Below the pieces are notes generated by a model that saw only the letters and a list, made by a program, of their open reading frames with translations, did no database searches and had not been told where the DNA came from. The translations under genes and the position numbers were made by a program. From Pseudomonadota bacterium (GTDB lineage Bacteria > Pseudomonadota > Gammaproteobacteria > Pseudomonadales > Cellvibrionaceae), in the NCBI GenBank assembly GCA_040386215.1, contig JAZKFX010000039.1, positions 66,708 to 130,707 of the forward strand: a DNA stretch of 64,000 bases, given 5' to 3'. Shown piece after piece: positions 19,844 to 29,635 of this stretch (positions are counted from its first letter, which is position 1; each line of letters opens with the position of its first letter).

Positions 19844-20629
19844 ATGGATAAAGGTAAAGAAAAAAATCTTAACAACATTGCAGACGATTTTGACTCGCTT
19901 GTCGAAAGCAGCCAAGAGTTAGTCAAAAAAGCTGTTAAAGATCATCGCAATCTTGGCAGAATTAAAAATATGGCGCTGCCCACATTATGGAGCCAGGAAG
20001 AATTTTACGAAAAAAAAATTATTTTCACGGGAATGCGCCAGCGTGAATTATTGAATGCGTATCGTGAGGTGCGCATTAAACTGTTGAAGAAAAGCCAAAC
20101 TGACAATATGGTTGTTATTGTTTCTTCAGTTGCAAAAGCAACACCCTCGAATGATTTCAGTTTCAACCTGGCGGCAACTTTTGCGCTGGATCAACACAAA
20201 ACTGCCCTCTTTGTAGACTGTAATCCTTATAATCCGAGTGCAGAAAAATATTTAATTTCAAAAATTGATCTAGGCCTTACCCAATACCTTAGCGATTATA
20301 CGGTTCCGATTGAACGTATTATTTATCCTACCGGCATTGAAAGATTGCGGGTAATTCCTTCTGGTGGCGCAAGCGAATCAGCGGCCGAAATATTTAACTC
20401 CGATCGCATGCAAATTTTTGTGAGCGAAATTAAAGAGCGCTATCCAGACCGTTTTATTGTTCTTGACGCACCTTCCGTCCAACATTCCACCGAAGCCAGA
20501 ATTTTAGCAAGATATTGCGATCATGCATTATTAGTAGTGCCCTTCGGCAAAGCAGTTACCGATGATGTTCTTGCCGCAGTCGACGCGGTAGGTAAAGAAA
20601 AATTTGCTGGTGTTGTGTTTAATAGCTAA
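19844..20629 (+). CDS. CpsD/CapB-like BY-kinase domain protein with degenerate Walker A
   Basis: AYREVR, FVDCN, LRVIPSG and Walker B DRFIVLDAP are present. The P-loop region reads SSVAKATPSNDF with no GK[ST]. Confidence 0.8.
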   Translation: MDKGKEKNLNNIADDFDSLVESSQELVKKAVKDHRNLGRIKNMALPTLWSQEEFYEKKIIFTGMRQRELLNAYREVRIKLLKKSQTDNMVVIVSSVAKATPSNDFSFNLAATFALDQHKTALFVDCNPYNPSAEKYLISKIDLGLTQYLSDYTVPIERIIYPTGIERLRVIPSGGASESAAEIFNSDRMQIFVSEIKERYPDRFIVLDAPSVQHSTEARILARYCDHALLVVPFGKAVTDDVLAAVDAVGKEKFAGVVFNS

Positions 20630-20650
20630 ACACAATCGAGAGAATCACTG

Positions 20651-21937
20651 ATGAACATCAAAAAATATCGCCTGTTTCTCTGCATCCTATTTTGCCCAAT
20701 GTTGGCCGAGCATAGCTATGCGGATAAATTTTTTGGTTCGGTTTCTGTCGCATCAGAAGAATCTAACAATGCTCGCAAAACGACGACAGATCCAATAAGT
20801 GAAAGGCAAGATCAATACAACCTACACCTAGGTGGAGAAGTCACTAATTCGCTGCTTGACTTTAATGCCGAGTATTTAGCAACAGCACGGAACTACGCAA
20901 AAGACACTCAGGAAAATAACAATCTTCTGGAAGGAAAATCAGCACTGCTTATTGGAAAAAATACTCAGCCAGCAGATTTACTAATAGAGCATTCACGAGT
21001 TACTGTCCTCAAAAAACCTGACGCTACCCCTTTGGCAGAGAATCAGGATGAAAGAGAAATAACTTCCGCTACACCAACGCTGAGGGGGCGACTTTCTCCT
21101 GTTGACTATATTTACCTTCAGGGAAAACTAACAAAAATTAATTATGCAGAAAATGGCAATAAAAATTCGCAACGTGAGGGCGGCATCCTTGGACTGGAAC
21201 ATAAAATTTCAACGACTGACAAAATACAACTATTTGCTCAGCAAACTGACATAGATTTCGATAGCTCACCCTTAGAGAATTATGTCTACCGCTCAGCAGA
21301 ATTTGCCTACAGTACACAACTGCGCCAACTCTCTTACTCCGTTCAAGTAGGAATGAACCAGTCCATACCGGAGAATGAAGAAAAAGTTCTTAGGCCAAAA
21401 TATGCATTTGAACTTATTTTCAATTCGGGCACGCAGACTTTTTCGTTAAGCTTACTTCAAGAACTAACCGACGCCTCCCTGGGTGGAGGCAACAAAGTAG
21501 CGGATGGACAGCCTCCATCCGAAAATGACAGCGCGCATAATTTGGATAGATTCGAGCGTAAAAATGTAACGGCATCATGGCGCACACAAGCTCTATGCGA
21601 TTCATGTTCATTGGTAATCGGCGCATATCACATACGGGATCATTATTTGCCGCTTGAGCAACTCTCAACGCAGCAGGGTTGGAATGTCGGACTCAATTAT
21701 TCGTTATCGCATCGCTCTCTCATTACAACATCGATCTTAAAAGGAGATAGCGCATTTACAGACTCTACTTTTGGCGAAGATTTCAAATCTACAAGTGTTC
21801 GAGTGGCATTTGTACACAAATTAAATAATGATTTTAGCCTTGGCTTTCATGTGAATAATGAAAAGCGAGACTCACGCTTGGATAGTGAAACCTACTCAGA
21901 AAGATTCATAGGTGCCAGCGTGAGTTATGAATTTTAA
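20651..21937 (+). CDS. Outer-membrane beta-barrel protein of the EPS export module
   Basis: Signal peptide, alternating beta-strand pattern, C-terminal aromatic VSYEF; sits after the Wza/Wzc genes. Confidence 0.72.
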   Translation: MNIKKYRLFLCILFCPMLAEHSYADKFFGSVSVASEESNNARKTTTDPISERQDQYNLHLGGEVTNSLLDFNAEYLATARNYAKDTQENNNLLEGKSALLIGKNTQPADLLIEHSRVTVLKKPDATPLAENQDEREITSATPTLRGRLSPVDYIYLQGKLTKINYAENGNKNSQREGGILGLEHKISTTDKIQLFAQQTDIDFDSSPLENYVYRSAEFAYSTQLRQLSYSVQVGMNQSIPENEEKVLRPKYAFELIFNSGTQTFSLSLLQELTDASLGGGNKVADGQPPSENDSAHNLDRFERKNVTASWRTQALCDSCSLVIGAYHIRDHYLPLEQLSTQQGWNVGLNYSLSHRSLITTSILKGDSAFTDSTFGEDFKSTSVRVAFVHKLNNDFSLGFHVNNEKRDSRLDSETYSERFIGASVSYEF

Positions 21938-21986
21938 TTGTGCTCTGTGAAACCCCACATAGAAATATTTAAAAGCGGATGACGTT

Positions 21987-24632
21987 GTGAAAATACTTAC
22001 CAAGCTCCTACTCGAAAAACCATTAATATTAGTTTTTATTTTTTTGCTTTGCAGTTGTAGCGACAAACAAAAGCAACACAATGCAGAATTACTACGCCAT
22101 GAAAATTCAGCAAAAATTTATCAAGAGCAGGGCCAAATAAAAGCGGCAACACTCGAAGCAAAAAGAATTATTCAGCTTGACCCCGAAAATCCAACAGGAT
22201 ATTTGTTGTTAGCGAAAATTTATAATGGAATTGGCGCTTACAGTGCCAGTCAGAACCTTTTAGAAAGTATCGTTATTAAAATACCCGCGCTGTCGACAGA
22301 GCTCGCTGAATCCTATATGGCCAGCAAAAAATATCACTCGGCAATTAAAACGATTACGCAGTATCCCGCTGCGCCTAACAATAATGCTGATTTAAAACGT
22401 CAAACTAGTATGGCCGCCTCAGCGTATTTTTATTTGGGGGATCATGCAAAATCTACCGAAATGCTGGATAAGTTTACTAGCCTCGGCGGGTCTTTAGAGG
22501 AACGGCAATATATAGAAGCCAGCAAGTTAGCATTTTCCGGAGAAATTGAAAGCGCACAAAAAATTCTTCTCAATATGCTGCAGGAAAAGCCTGAAAATAT
22601 AGCGGCTCTTATACTTCTCAGTGAAACCTACGCAGCCCAGCAAGAATTCAACAAAGCAGAAAACCATCTGACAAAACTATTAAGTCTACTGCCTAACACA
22701 GACATTATCAGCACCGAACGCATAAAGGTATTATCGCAGCTCACAGAAGTTCTTATTAGGCAGGGGCGCTCTAGTGAAGCATATGTTTATCAAAAGATAT
22801 TAGCCGAAGCAAATCCGGAAGGTAATACGGCGCAAGAACGCTTTAACGACGCAATGAAATTTTACCAACAAGGTAACTTTGTTGAAGCGGAAGCCATATT
22901 GAAAGCACTTCGTTCGCAATTTCCGCGCGACAAAAATACCGCGACTTTGTTAGGTATGATTGAATTTCAAAAAGGTGAAAATGAAAAAGCTTCACATTTA
23001 TTTGATGAATTTATCGATGCCGAAACTACAGCTTCCACCGTAATTCAGGCTGCAGCGCTAGTTAAATATCGAAAAAATCAAGTGGATGAAGCGCTGGAGT
23101 TGTTAAAAAAGGCCGCCGAAAGCCAGCCAGGCAATGCAGCTATTTTGGCAACCTATGGTTTAGCATTGTTAGATCGCGACAATAAAAGTGCTGAGGGCGC
23201 TCTTATACTTGAAAAAAGCCTGACCTTAAATCCCGGGCAGCAACGCATCAGATTAGCGCTTGCAAAAAGATATATTGCGCTTGGAGAAACAAACCAGGCT
23301 TTAGCCCAATTAAACAAGGCCTATAAACAGACGCCGCTTGATTTTGTGCTGCAAGAAGCTTATTTAAAAGCGCTATTCGAGAATGGGCAAGCCGATAAAG
23401 TTAAGCAAGAGGTTGAGCTTTTCAAATCCCAATTTCCTGACAGTGCACGCGGTCCATTTGTTGAAGGTTGGTACCACATGGCACAAAAAAATTATGCTGC
23501 AGCTGAAAAAGCTTTTACACACGCACTGTCATTGCCTAACAACACGGAGAAACAACTTTCATATACCGGCTTGGCACAGCTTCACGGAATTCAAAAACAA
23601 TCTGCTAAAGCAATCAATGCCTGGCAGCGCGCTATTGAAGCAGATCCAACCATTATTTCAGCATATGCTCATTGGTTTAATCAATTACTATTAAGTAACA
23701 AGCAAGAAGATGCTTTTAATTTTTTACTTGATATTGAAAGTAGAAACGTCACCACATGGCAACCTTCGATGATACTGGCACAACTTTATGCTAACAAAAA
23801 GCAATGGATTGCTGCCGAAAAGCACATAGATATTGCATTAAGCCGCAGCCCATCATCTGACAATATTAAAAAACTTGCTGCAGCAATCTACCAAATGGAA
23901 GGCCTGGATTTCCGTTCAATGGGCAAGCTTCAGGAAGCCAGAACATACTTTTTGAAGGCAATAAAATTAGTGCCAGATAACACCGATTATTTGGCAAATA
24001 TGATTGAGACAGAACTCGCCGATAAAAAAATTGTAGAGGCGCAAAAACTTTTAAACGAGTATCCAAAAACTGAAAGCAACATGCACATCCATCAGTTTTT
24101 TCAAGGAGCTATACGACTCGCCGAGAACAAGCCCGATGAAGCAATCAAAGCCTATCTAGAATCATGGAAGTTGAAACCCACTGAAGCAGTAGCGTCCAGT
24201 ATTTTTGGATATTATGAAAGAAATAACCAGCAGACTCAATTGGCAGCGTTTATCGATGACTGGGTACAAAAACTACCCAAAAGTGCCAAGGCATCCATGC
24301 TCAAAGCTTTGCAAGCGCAAAATATGAAAGATGATACTACAGCGATAAAATGGTATGAAAAAACCATAGAACTATCGCCCAATATGGCAGCAGCGTTAAA
24401 TAATCTCGCATGGATGTATTATTTACATAAGGATGAACGAGCATTAAGCCTAGCCAAGAGAGCATTTGATGCGGAGCCCAATTCCATTTCAATACAAGAT
24501 ACTTATGGCTGGATTTTGGTTGAGCTTGGCAACGTTAAGGAAGGTATTGCGATACTTGAGCGTGCCGCCAAAGAAACGAATAATGTCGATATAAAAAATC
24601 ATCTTAAGGAAGCAAAGTTGCGACTAAATTAA
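21987..24632 (+). CDS. TPR-repeat lipoprotein (PrsT-like)
   Basis: Lipobox LCSC; repeated TPR helices ending in ALNNLAWMY and IQDTYGWIL; 881 aa. Confidence 0.82.
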   Translation: MKILTKLLLEKPLILVFIFLLCSCSDKQKQHNAELLRHENSAKIYQEQGQIKAATLEAKRIIQLDPENPTGYLLLAKIYNGIGAYSASQNLLESIVIKIPALSTELAESYMASKKYHSAIKTITQYPAAPNNNADLKRQTSMAASAYFYLGDHAKSTEMLDKFTSLGGSLEERQYIEASKLAFSGEIESAQKILLNMLQEKPENIAALILLSETYAAQQEFNKAENHLTKLLSLLPNTDIISTERIKVLSQLTEVLIRQGRSSEAYVYQKILAEANPEGNTAQERFNDAMKFYQQGNFVEAEAILKALRSQFPRDKNTATLLGMIEFQKGENEKASHLFDEFIDAETTASTVIQAAALVKYRKNQVDEALELLKKAAESQPGNAAILATYGLALLDRDNKSAEGALILEKSLTLNPGQQRIRLALAKRYIALGETNQALAQLNKAYKQTPLDFVLQEAYLKALFENGQADKVKQEVELFKSQFPDSARGPFVEGWYHMAQKNYAAAEKAFTHALSLPNNTEKQLSYTGLAQLHGIQKQSAKAINAWQRAIEADPTIISAYAHWFNQLLLSNKQEDAFNFLLDIESRNVTTWQPSMILAQLYANKKQWIAAEKHIDIALSRSPSSDNIKKLAAAIYQMEGLDFRSMGKLQEARTYFLKAIKLVPDNTDYLANMIETELADKKIVEAQKLLNEYPKTESNMHIHQFFQGAIRLAENKPDEAIKAYLESWKLKPTEAVASSIFGYYERNNQQTQLAAFIDDWVQKLPKSAKASMLKALQAQNMKDDTTAIKWYEKTIELSPNMAAALNNLAWMYYLHKDERALSLAKRAFDAEPNSISIQDTYGWILVELGNVKEGIAILERAAKETNNVDIKNHLKEAKLRLN

Positions 24633-24634
24633 GC

Positions 24635-24670
24635 GCGAGTTAACGACACAAACAGATGCTGTTTACTCGC
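24635..24670. terminator. Bulged hairpin between convergent genes
   Basis: GCGAGT/ACTCGC outer stem and AAACAG/CTGTTT inner stem. Confidence 0.4.
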
Positions 24671-24728
24671 AAAAATATTGAATAAGTATCACATAATTGT
24701 TCAAAACTTTTATCCTCGATATCCTTTA

Positions 24729-26021
24729 TCAGGGTATATGCTTAATGATTAGTGGTCCTATTATTTTTGTTAACCAAACCGGCATTAACTTCCATACATA
24801 AATAAACATTTTAAATTTCGGATTATCTGGATTGAGCTCAGGTTTCTGCTCACCCTCAGCTAGGACATAATACCAATAGTGTTGATAAGGTATCGCGCCC
24901 CACTGTTTTTTAAATTTATAAGTCCCCGCCCCCATTGTCGAACGACCAAAATCAAAAAACTTATAGCCTTCTTTGATCGCATAAGAAAGTATGCAGCGAT
25001 ACATCCACATATTAGCGTTTTTAACATTGGCACTTTGAATCGTAGAGGCCCACGGAATCTCAAGCATTAAATCGTTGCCCACCAGGAAACCAGCGGACAC
25101 GGGCTTTTTATCCATATATACAATTAAGATGGCAGATTTTATTTCAGGTGCCGATAAAATATTGAAAAACCAATCCTTACTATAAACTGGCGTACCAAGA
25201 TCACGCATATTCCGTGAAAAAACCTGGTAGAAATCGTTTAATAAATCCAATTTGCCGGTCTTGCACGTTGGCTTGTATTCTTCCGCCTTTTTATACTGTG
25301 CGCGCAATTTTGTGCCCAATTGCTTATCAAGAATTTCGTCTGTTTTAGGCAATTCCAAGACCATCGATACTTTTTTATCGAGCGCGTTTTCTGCTAACCC
25401 TGCCTGCATAGTTCTAATTTCTATGTGTGACAGCTTGTGTTCGGTGCAGATAGATTTGGATTTTTCTAAAAGCGCCACAGCAATATCGAAATAAAGCGAT
25501 ATTACTCCACCATAATTTAAAAAAGGAATTGAAACGGCGAAACTGCCAAATAGCTTACTAGAAAAAAAAGTTAGTGGAAGCCCACCTAAAATCTCTCTAT
25601 TTTCGTCAACTGCTACCAACACTATACTGTCATGACCAAATGATTTTTTTATTACACTAAACCAAGCGCTGTAATGATAAGTTGTAGCGTGCGACTTCAG
25701 AAATTCATCCCAGCGATTGAATGCATTATCCGTTATGAGTTCAAAAGCAAATGGCTTATCCCAATTACTATCTATAGCAATGCTCGTAAATGGAGACGTT
25801 TTTAATTCGGGTTGTGTTGCGGTTGCTGGGGCAGAAATAGCAATAATTTTTATTTGCGCTTCTATTTTTTTGATCCGCTCTGAAACGTTTTGCATGGCAG
25901 CTAAAAGTGATGGGTACTCGGCAGCGGTTTTGTCCATGTGCTTAAACTTACTGGCGACCTCTCCTTTAAGAGACTTTTCAGTTTTTAATTGTTTTAAAAG
26001 CGATGCAACATCTGAATTCAT
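24729..26021 (-). CDS. FemAB-like GNAT protein (XrtA-locus type) with N-terminal coiled-coil extension
   Basis: SIPFLNYGG, KLRAQYKKA, FYQVFSRNMRDLGTPVY, FDFGRST, TYKFKKQWGA, NPDNPKF. Confidence 0.88.
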   Translation of the reverse strand: MNSDVASLLKQLKTEKSLKGEVASKFKHMDKTAAEYPSLLAAMQNVSERIKKIEAQIKIIAISAPATATQPELKTSPFTSIAIDSNWDKPFAFELITDNAFNRWDEFLKSHATTYHYSAWFSVIKKSFGHDSIVLVAVDENREILGGLPLTFFSSKLFGSFAVSIPFLNYGGVISLYFDIAVALLEKSKSICTEHKLSHIEIRTMQAGLAENALDKKVSMVLELPKTDEILDKQLGTKLRAQYKKAEEYKPTCKTGKLDLLNDFYQVFSRNMRDLGTPVYSKDWFFNILSAPEIKSAILIVYMDKKPVSAGFLVGNDLMLEIPWASTIQSANVKNANMWMYRCILSYAIKEGYKFFDFGRSTMGAGTYKFKKQWGAIPYQHYWYYVLAEGEQKPELNPDNPKFKMFIYVWKLMPVWLTKIIGPLIIKHIP

Positions 26022-26094
26022 AAGAGTGATTTTATAAGCGATTATTTAATAACACTAAGTGCACATCAATTGGATTGAAAATGAAGACACACCC

Positions 26095-27135
26095 TTAAGT
26101 GAGCTTGCTTCTAATAACTTCAAACCAGGATGAGTAGCGCGCAAACTGTGCCAATGTATTAGGAAAGGTATGACGCGTAATGGAATATAACGTTTGCTTA
26201 ATGGATGCCAGGGTATTATTGCCTGGGTTTGCACTGACAGCTGCAATATAACCAAGCTCGCGAACTAATTCAGAGTGAACGCTTGAAAAATCTTTATTAG
26301 TGCCTGAGGGGAAGCAAAAAACTTGTGATGGCGAACTTAACTCAGTCTCAAGCCTATTTTTAGCGTGAATTAATTCTTCCCTTACCATGTCCAATGTCAG
26401 GGAACTAAACACCCGATGTGTACATGCATGTGAACCAACAGTTAAACCGAGACTTTCATAATGGCGTAATCTTTCCCAACTTGTAGACTTATAAGGTTCA
26501 GGCGGTGCGAGTGGAGTAGTCACCGCCAGTTCCTTTGCAACAACTGCCATAAAGTCGTTAAGCTCCTGGTTTGGAAGATATTTAGCGTATTTTACCAAGG
26601 CCCTTCGCGTTAATATTTTATTTTCTATTGAGCTGAAATTAAGCGGAAATTGAACGCCTTTAAATGATAGATAGTCTGCACAGCAGGAAGTGTTATTAAC
26701 CATATATGCAATTTTGGAGTCCCAGGGCCAATCAATCCCATCAACAAAATTAGTCAAAACGAAGATTGTTGGCTTGGCATCGTATTTTAAAAGAATAGGG
26801 ACGAGCTCTTCCACTTGATCGTTAAAGCCATCATCGATAGTAAAGCATAGCGTTGGCCTACTGGGAACTTGTCCATTAATAGCACGACTGACAATTTCAT
26901 CGAGGGAAGCAAAATGATAATTTTGCTTTTTAGCGTAGATAAGGCATTGCTCTAATAGCTTGGAAGAAAGGCCATGATGTAAACCATCGTTAGTGGCGGG
27001 CCTATGAATCATGTAGATCGTGACGTAGTGGCCTAAAAGCTTATTAATGCAATTATTGACTACGTAAAACCCGAGCAATCCTAATAAAAATTTATCCACT
27101 TGAGCCATCCACATGTAATTATAAATTAAAGCCAA
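26095..27135 (-). CDS. Polysaccharide deacetylase (CE4/NodB)
   Basis: YMIHR, FTIDDG, GSHACTH, FCFPSG. Confidence 0.85.
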   Translation of the reverse strand: MALIYNYMWMAQVDKFLLGLLGFYVVNNCINKLLGHYVTIYMIHRPATNDGLHHGLSSKLLEQCLIYAKKQNYHFASLDEIVSRAINGQVPSRPTLCFTIDDGFNDQVEELVPILLKYDAKPTIFVLTNFVDGIDWPWDSKIAYMVNNTSCCADYLSFKGVQFPLNFSSIENKILTRRALVKYAKYLPNQELNDFMAVVAKELAVTTPLAPPEPYKSTSWERLRHYESLGLTVGSHACTHRVFSSLTLDMVREELIHAKNRLETELSSPSQVFCFPSGTNKDFSSVHSELVRELGYIAAVSANPGNNTLASIKQTLYSITRHTFPNTLAQFARYSSWFEVIRSKLT

Positions 27136-28151
27136 CCAGCCAATCGAGCACCAAATAATTGACGACTGTGACTGATTTCTTCATGAACGCCAATACGGGT
27201 TAACTCATAATTAGTGCGAGAGTTTGCGTTAACTATGCCTTTTTGAGTTGTGACCGCGGCGAGATAGTTATCTTTAACAAGCTCTAGCGCTCTCGGACAG
27301 TAGTCACCGTTTGGAAAACAAAATAAGTCTACTTTTGATGATAGCTGAGTTTCGATAATTTTTTTGCTCGCGATTATTTCATGCACTAATTCTTCTTCAC
27401 TCAACGCAACCGTAAGTCGTTTGTGATTGCATGTATGCGAGCCGATGGTTATCAAGCCTGACTGTTGCATATTCATCAATTGTTCCCAGCTCATCAACGC
27501 ATTGGGCATTGCTACATTGAGTAACGAGCGCCATTGAATATCATACAACGCTGTAAAAATTTCACTATCAGAGAACTGTTTTAATTGAGAAATGTACGCC
27601 GCAACATATTCTCTATCAATTGATTTTAGCGGTTTAGGCAAGATTTGCGATAATTTGGTAAATAATGGATGTTTTTGCATTTCGCTTAAAGCAGATGGGT
27701 TACCCATTAACAATGCCATAATAATATTCGGCCAAAACTGAAAATTTGTTCCTATCTTTTCTGCTACCGCAAATACCGTTACGGGAATTTTTTCTGCTTG
27801 CATAACGGGAAAGGCGTGGTCGTAATTGTCTGCCCAACCATCATCAAAAGTAATAACGCAGGCTTTGCGCGGCAAGGGCAAACTCTGTTGTTTTAGATTA
27901 ATCCACTCCGGCAATGAAATAACATCAAAATGCCGCTTGACTTCACTCATGTGCATGGCAAATGTTTCGGGAGTGACTACCATACCTGGCTCTTCAAGCT
28001 CAAAGCGGCTATCGTTTTTTGGCAGTACCCGGTGATACATCAGTACCCACAACTTTGGCGAAGAAGCCGATAACCTATGCGCACCCAATCGATTCGCAAA
28101 AGGAATTATAGTGGAGTGAAGCAATTTTTTAAGCGCAGGTTGCATAATCAT
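27126..28151 (-). CDS. Polysaccharide deacetylase (CE4/NodB)
   Basis: LMYHRV, ITFDDGWADNY, GSHTCNH, FCFPNGD. Confidence 0.88.
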   Translation of the reverse strand: MIMQPALKKLLHSTIIPFANRLGAHRLSASSPKLWVLMYHRVLPKNDSRFELEEPGMVVTPETFAMHMSEVKRHFDVISLPEWINLKQQSLPLPRKACVITFDDGWADNYDHAFPVMQAEKIPVTVFAVAEKIGTNFQFWPNIIMALLMGNPSALSEMQKHPLFTKLSQILPKPLKSIDREYVAAYISQLKQFSDSEIFTALYDIQWRSLLNVAMPNALMSWEQLMNMQQSGLITIGSHTCNHKRLTVALSEEELVHEIIASKKIIETQLSSKVDLFCFPNGDYCPRALELVKDNYLAAVTTQKGIVNANSRTNYELTRIGVHEEISHSRQLFGARLAGWL

Positions 28152-29320
28152 TTCTTTCCTAAAATTTGACGTATATAGACCTTTAGCTCGTAAAGTGCTG
28201 GCCGGAAATCATTTACACGATTAATTTCATGTTTGGTTTTGAATCCAGGAGTTAAAAATTCAATGATGCGCCGCAGTTTTTGCCAACCAGAGTTGGTAGA
28301 TTTTAAATACAAATACAGGCTATCCACATCACCCAACACCCAGCGTAAGCGCTGCCCAATGGTATAACTTTTTGGAATAGGCAACCCAAGCGCAAGCTCA
28401 TTACTAATCATCAACGCAGGAAAATTAATGCCTGCATCTATGGCGAGCTGTAGCGAGCCCCAAAAACGCGTATTAACTTCCATTAAGTAAGCTATCCCGT
28501 CTGGCGCAATACGAAACTCCACCATTGCAACACCATGCCAATTGGCTGCCGCTAATAACTTTTCTGCATACAACTTAAGAGTTGGGTCGACCTTGGCACT
28601 TTCGCTTAACACGCTCACTCCACCTTGTGGAGGCTTTTCACGTAATCGCCGGTGAGCAAAAAAAGCAGTGGGTTGGCCATGATGATACAAACAAAAAATT
28701 CCCGCCCCATTTCCGGGAATGAACTCTTGAATCATAAATGGATACTCCTGCAGGTATATCTCTGACCTCAGCACCTTTTCCAAATCGGCAGGAGAGTGAA
28801 TGATTTTAACGCATGTAGCGATCCACCCGGAGGGCGTAAATATTTTTGAAAGGCAGGGCTTAATCACACAGGGATAATTTAATGCTACTTCTGCGAGATT
28901 CGCTGAAGATGCCAGCAGCCGAGTCGCAGGTATTGGTATACCAAGAGCCTGTGCCAGCGCCATTAGGTTACCTTTGTCGGCTAGCTGTAAGACATTTTCG
29001 TAGGAAGCAAAGGGTAAGCGTACCTTAGGCAGACGCGCCATATTCATTAGCAGTAATTGACTAGTCACTTCAGTTACAGGGACAATCAACGCAAAATTAT
29101 GATGTTGATTAAGATTTTCTAACCAGTTTATATAGTCCTCAGGTGCACTAATGGGGCTAGGGCTGGTAAAAAATTGCTGCGAGAAACTGGAGCAACCTGC
29201 TAAAGCTTGGGTTGCCGCCTCAGCAGTCATGACCTCTAACTGCGGTAATCTACCTAGAGACCGCGTAACAGCAAGAGCGCTACGTTGCGCGGCGTCCAAC
29301 ACTAAAATAAGTTGTGTCAT
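28148..29320 (-). CDS. ATP-grasp carboxylate-amine ligase
   Basis: ALAVTRSLG, DKGNL, VIKP, IQEFIPG, FAHRRLREKPPQGGVS, MVEFR, LMEVNTRFWGSL. Confidence 0.88.
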   Translation of the reverse strand: MTQLILVLDAAQRSALAVTRSLGRLPQLEVMTAEAATQALAGCSSFSQQFFTSPSPISAPEDYINWLENLNQHHNFALIVPVTEVTSQLLLMNMARLPKVRLPFASYENVLQLADKGNLMALAQALGIPIPATRLLASSANLAEVALNYPCVIKPCLSKIFTPSGWIATCVKIIHSPADLEKVLRSEIYLQEYPFMIQEFIPGNGAGIFCLYHHGQPTAFFAHRRLREKPPQGGVSVLSESAKVDPTLKLYAEKLLAAANWHGVAMVEFRIAPDGIAYLMEVNTRFWGSLQLAIDAGINFPALMISNELALGLPIPKSYTIGQRLRWVLGDVDSLYLYLKSTNSGWQKLRRIIEFLTPGFKTKHEINRVNDFRPALYELKVYIRQILGKK

Positions 29321-29553
29321 TTTTCTGCCAATTTAATCCAGGCGATTGCAATACAATACAACTACATGGCATTCATTAAAGATATATTTGTTACACATGA
29401 TAACGGATTGAGTTGCATTATAGTATTTTGACGAGATCTTTAAATTCTCATAAAGTAAAGATTAATTCTTGCTATGCTAACGACCTAAATACGAGCATTG
29501 AATGTAGCATGAGGATTGATAACAAAGGACTATTTTAGAGTAGTGGGTGTGCA

Positions 29554-29575
29554 TAGCCGGCACCATCATTTCTAG
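29554..29575 (+). promoter_or_regulatory. sigma54-like promoter motif, copy 2
   Basis: TAGCCGGCACCATCATTTCTAG, 19 of 22 positions identical to 16087-16108, about 60 bp before the GT4 start. Confidence 0.55.
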
Positions 29576-29635
29576 TTAACTTATCAACTCTCTGTAAAAG
29601 ATAATGCGGACTACAGCTGACTGGAAAGAAAACGG

